A stretch of DNA of 64,000 nt from Eledone cirrhosa (lineage: Eukaryota): assembly GCA_964016885.1 (NCBI GenBank), contig OZ024742.1, positions 42,036,001 to 42,100,000 on the forward strand. The letters run 5' to 3'. Below the pieces are notes generated by a model. It was not told the origin of the DNA and searched no databases. It saw only the letters and a program-made list of their open reading frames with translations. Below are positions 63,220-64,000 of the stretch, piece after piece (position 1 is the stretch's first letter; each line of letters begins with the position of its first letter). A program made the translations under genes and the position numbers.

Positions 63220-64000
63220 GTCAGTAAAATAAAATGTATTACTCTTAATGCAATTTCTATTTAGAAAATCTAAACAAAACATATATATATATCCTGTCAC
63301 AATTGAGAGTGTTGTTATTGTTATGGCTCACACTAGTATAGGTTTAGTCAATCTGCTATGAGGTTTCTTTTAATTGTTTCTAATTTAGGCACAAAGCCTG
63401 CAATTTTGAGCGAGGGGAAAGTCAACTGTATTGACTCCAGTACTTCACTAGTACCTTATTTTATCATCCATAGAAGAATGAAAGGCAAAGTTGAACTCAG
63501 AAGGTAAAAGGTTGTAATGAAATACTGTAAGGTATTTTGTTCAATGCTCTAATGTTTACTAGTTCACTGCCTTTCTTAGGTCTTTCCAATGACTGAGGTG
63601 GGACCCAGAACACACAGACCTGGAACAAATACCATAAGGCATCCCATCCAACACTCTAACAATTCTGACAATCCACCACTCTGGACTGGTACCTTATTGA
63701 GACTGAAAGAACAAAATATAAAGTTATACTTGGAAATGCAGTAAGCTGGAACAAAAACTTCAAGGCATTTAATTTACTCATCGATAATATAAGCTCCATG
63801 TCTCTAGCAAATTATTTGCATGCAGTAATCCTGAAATATATCTGGAACAAAGAACCTCCATGATGGCCAAATATCAGATAGTATGTGTGTATTTATATAT
63901 GATAGAATCATCTAGCAGAGAAGTAACCAGTAAGTTACTAGGCTGAGTAAAAAAAATAAAAAGTTTGGAAAATGTCATGAAAAACTGATGTCATAGACAT

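Overview
AT-rich, microsatellite-saturated animal DNA. The repeat content suggests a coleoid cephalopod such as octopus, but that is inference. Two spliced ciliary genes lie head-to-head about 23 kb apart. On the minus strand is the 5' half of ANKS6 (7 coding exons, 32905->28073), with a frameshifting deletion in exon 1 and no recognisable SAM-domain exons in the window. On the plus strand are the first 5 exons of a Tectonic gene (56541->63219, continuing past the window). The rest is retroelement debris (two RTE families, R4/Dong, Tx1/L1, CR1, CRE-like, Penelope GIY-YIG, solo LTRs, SINEs), mariner and MITE remnants, and complex satellites. The most striking unexplained structure is two consecutive ~11-13 kb units (about 16355-27740 and 27907-40785). 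Each starts with the same 84-bp cassette holding a minimal type I hammerhead ribozyme. Each ends with the same ~5.5-kb repeat block holding a second hammerhead-like motif, which is tandemly amplified as ~372-bp units in the second copy. The two units carry different cargo in between, one cargo being the damaged intron-containing ANKS6 fragment. All calls were made by eye; no database searches were run.
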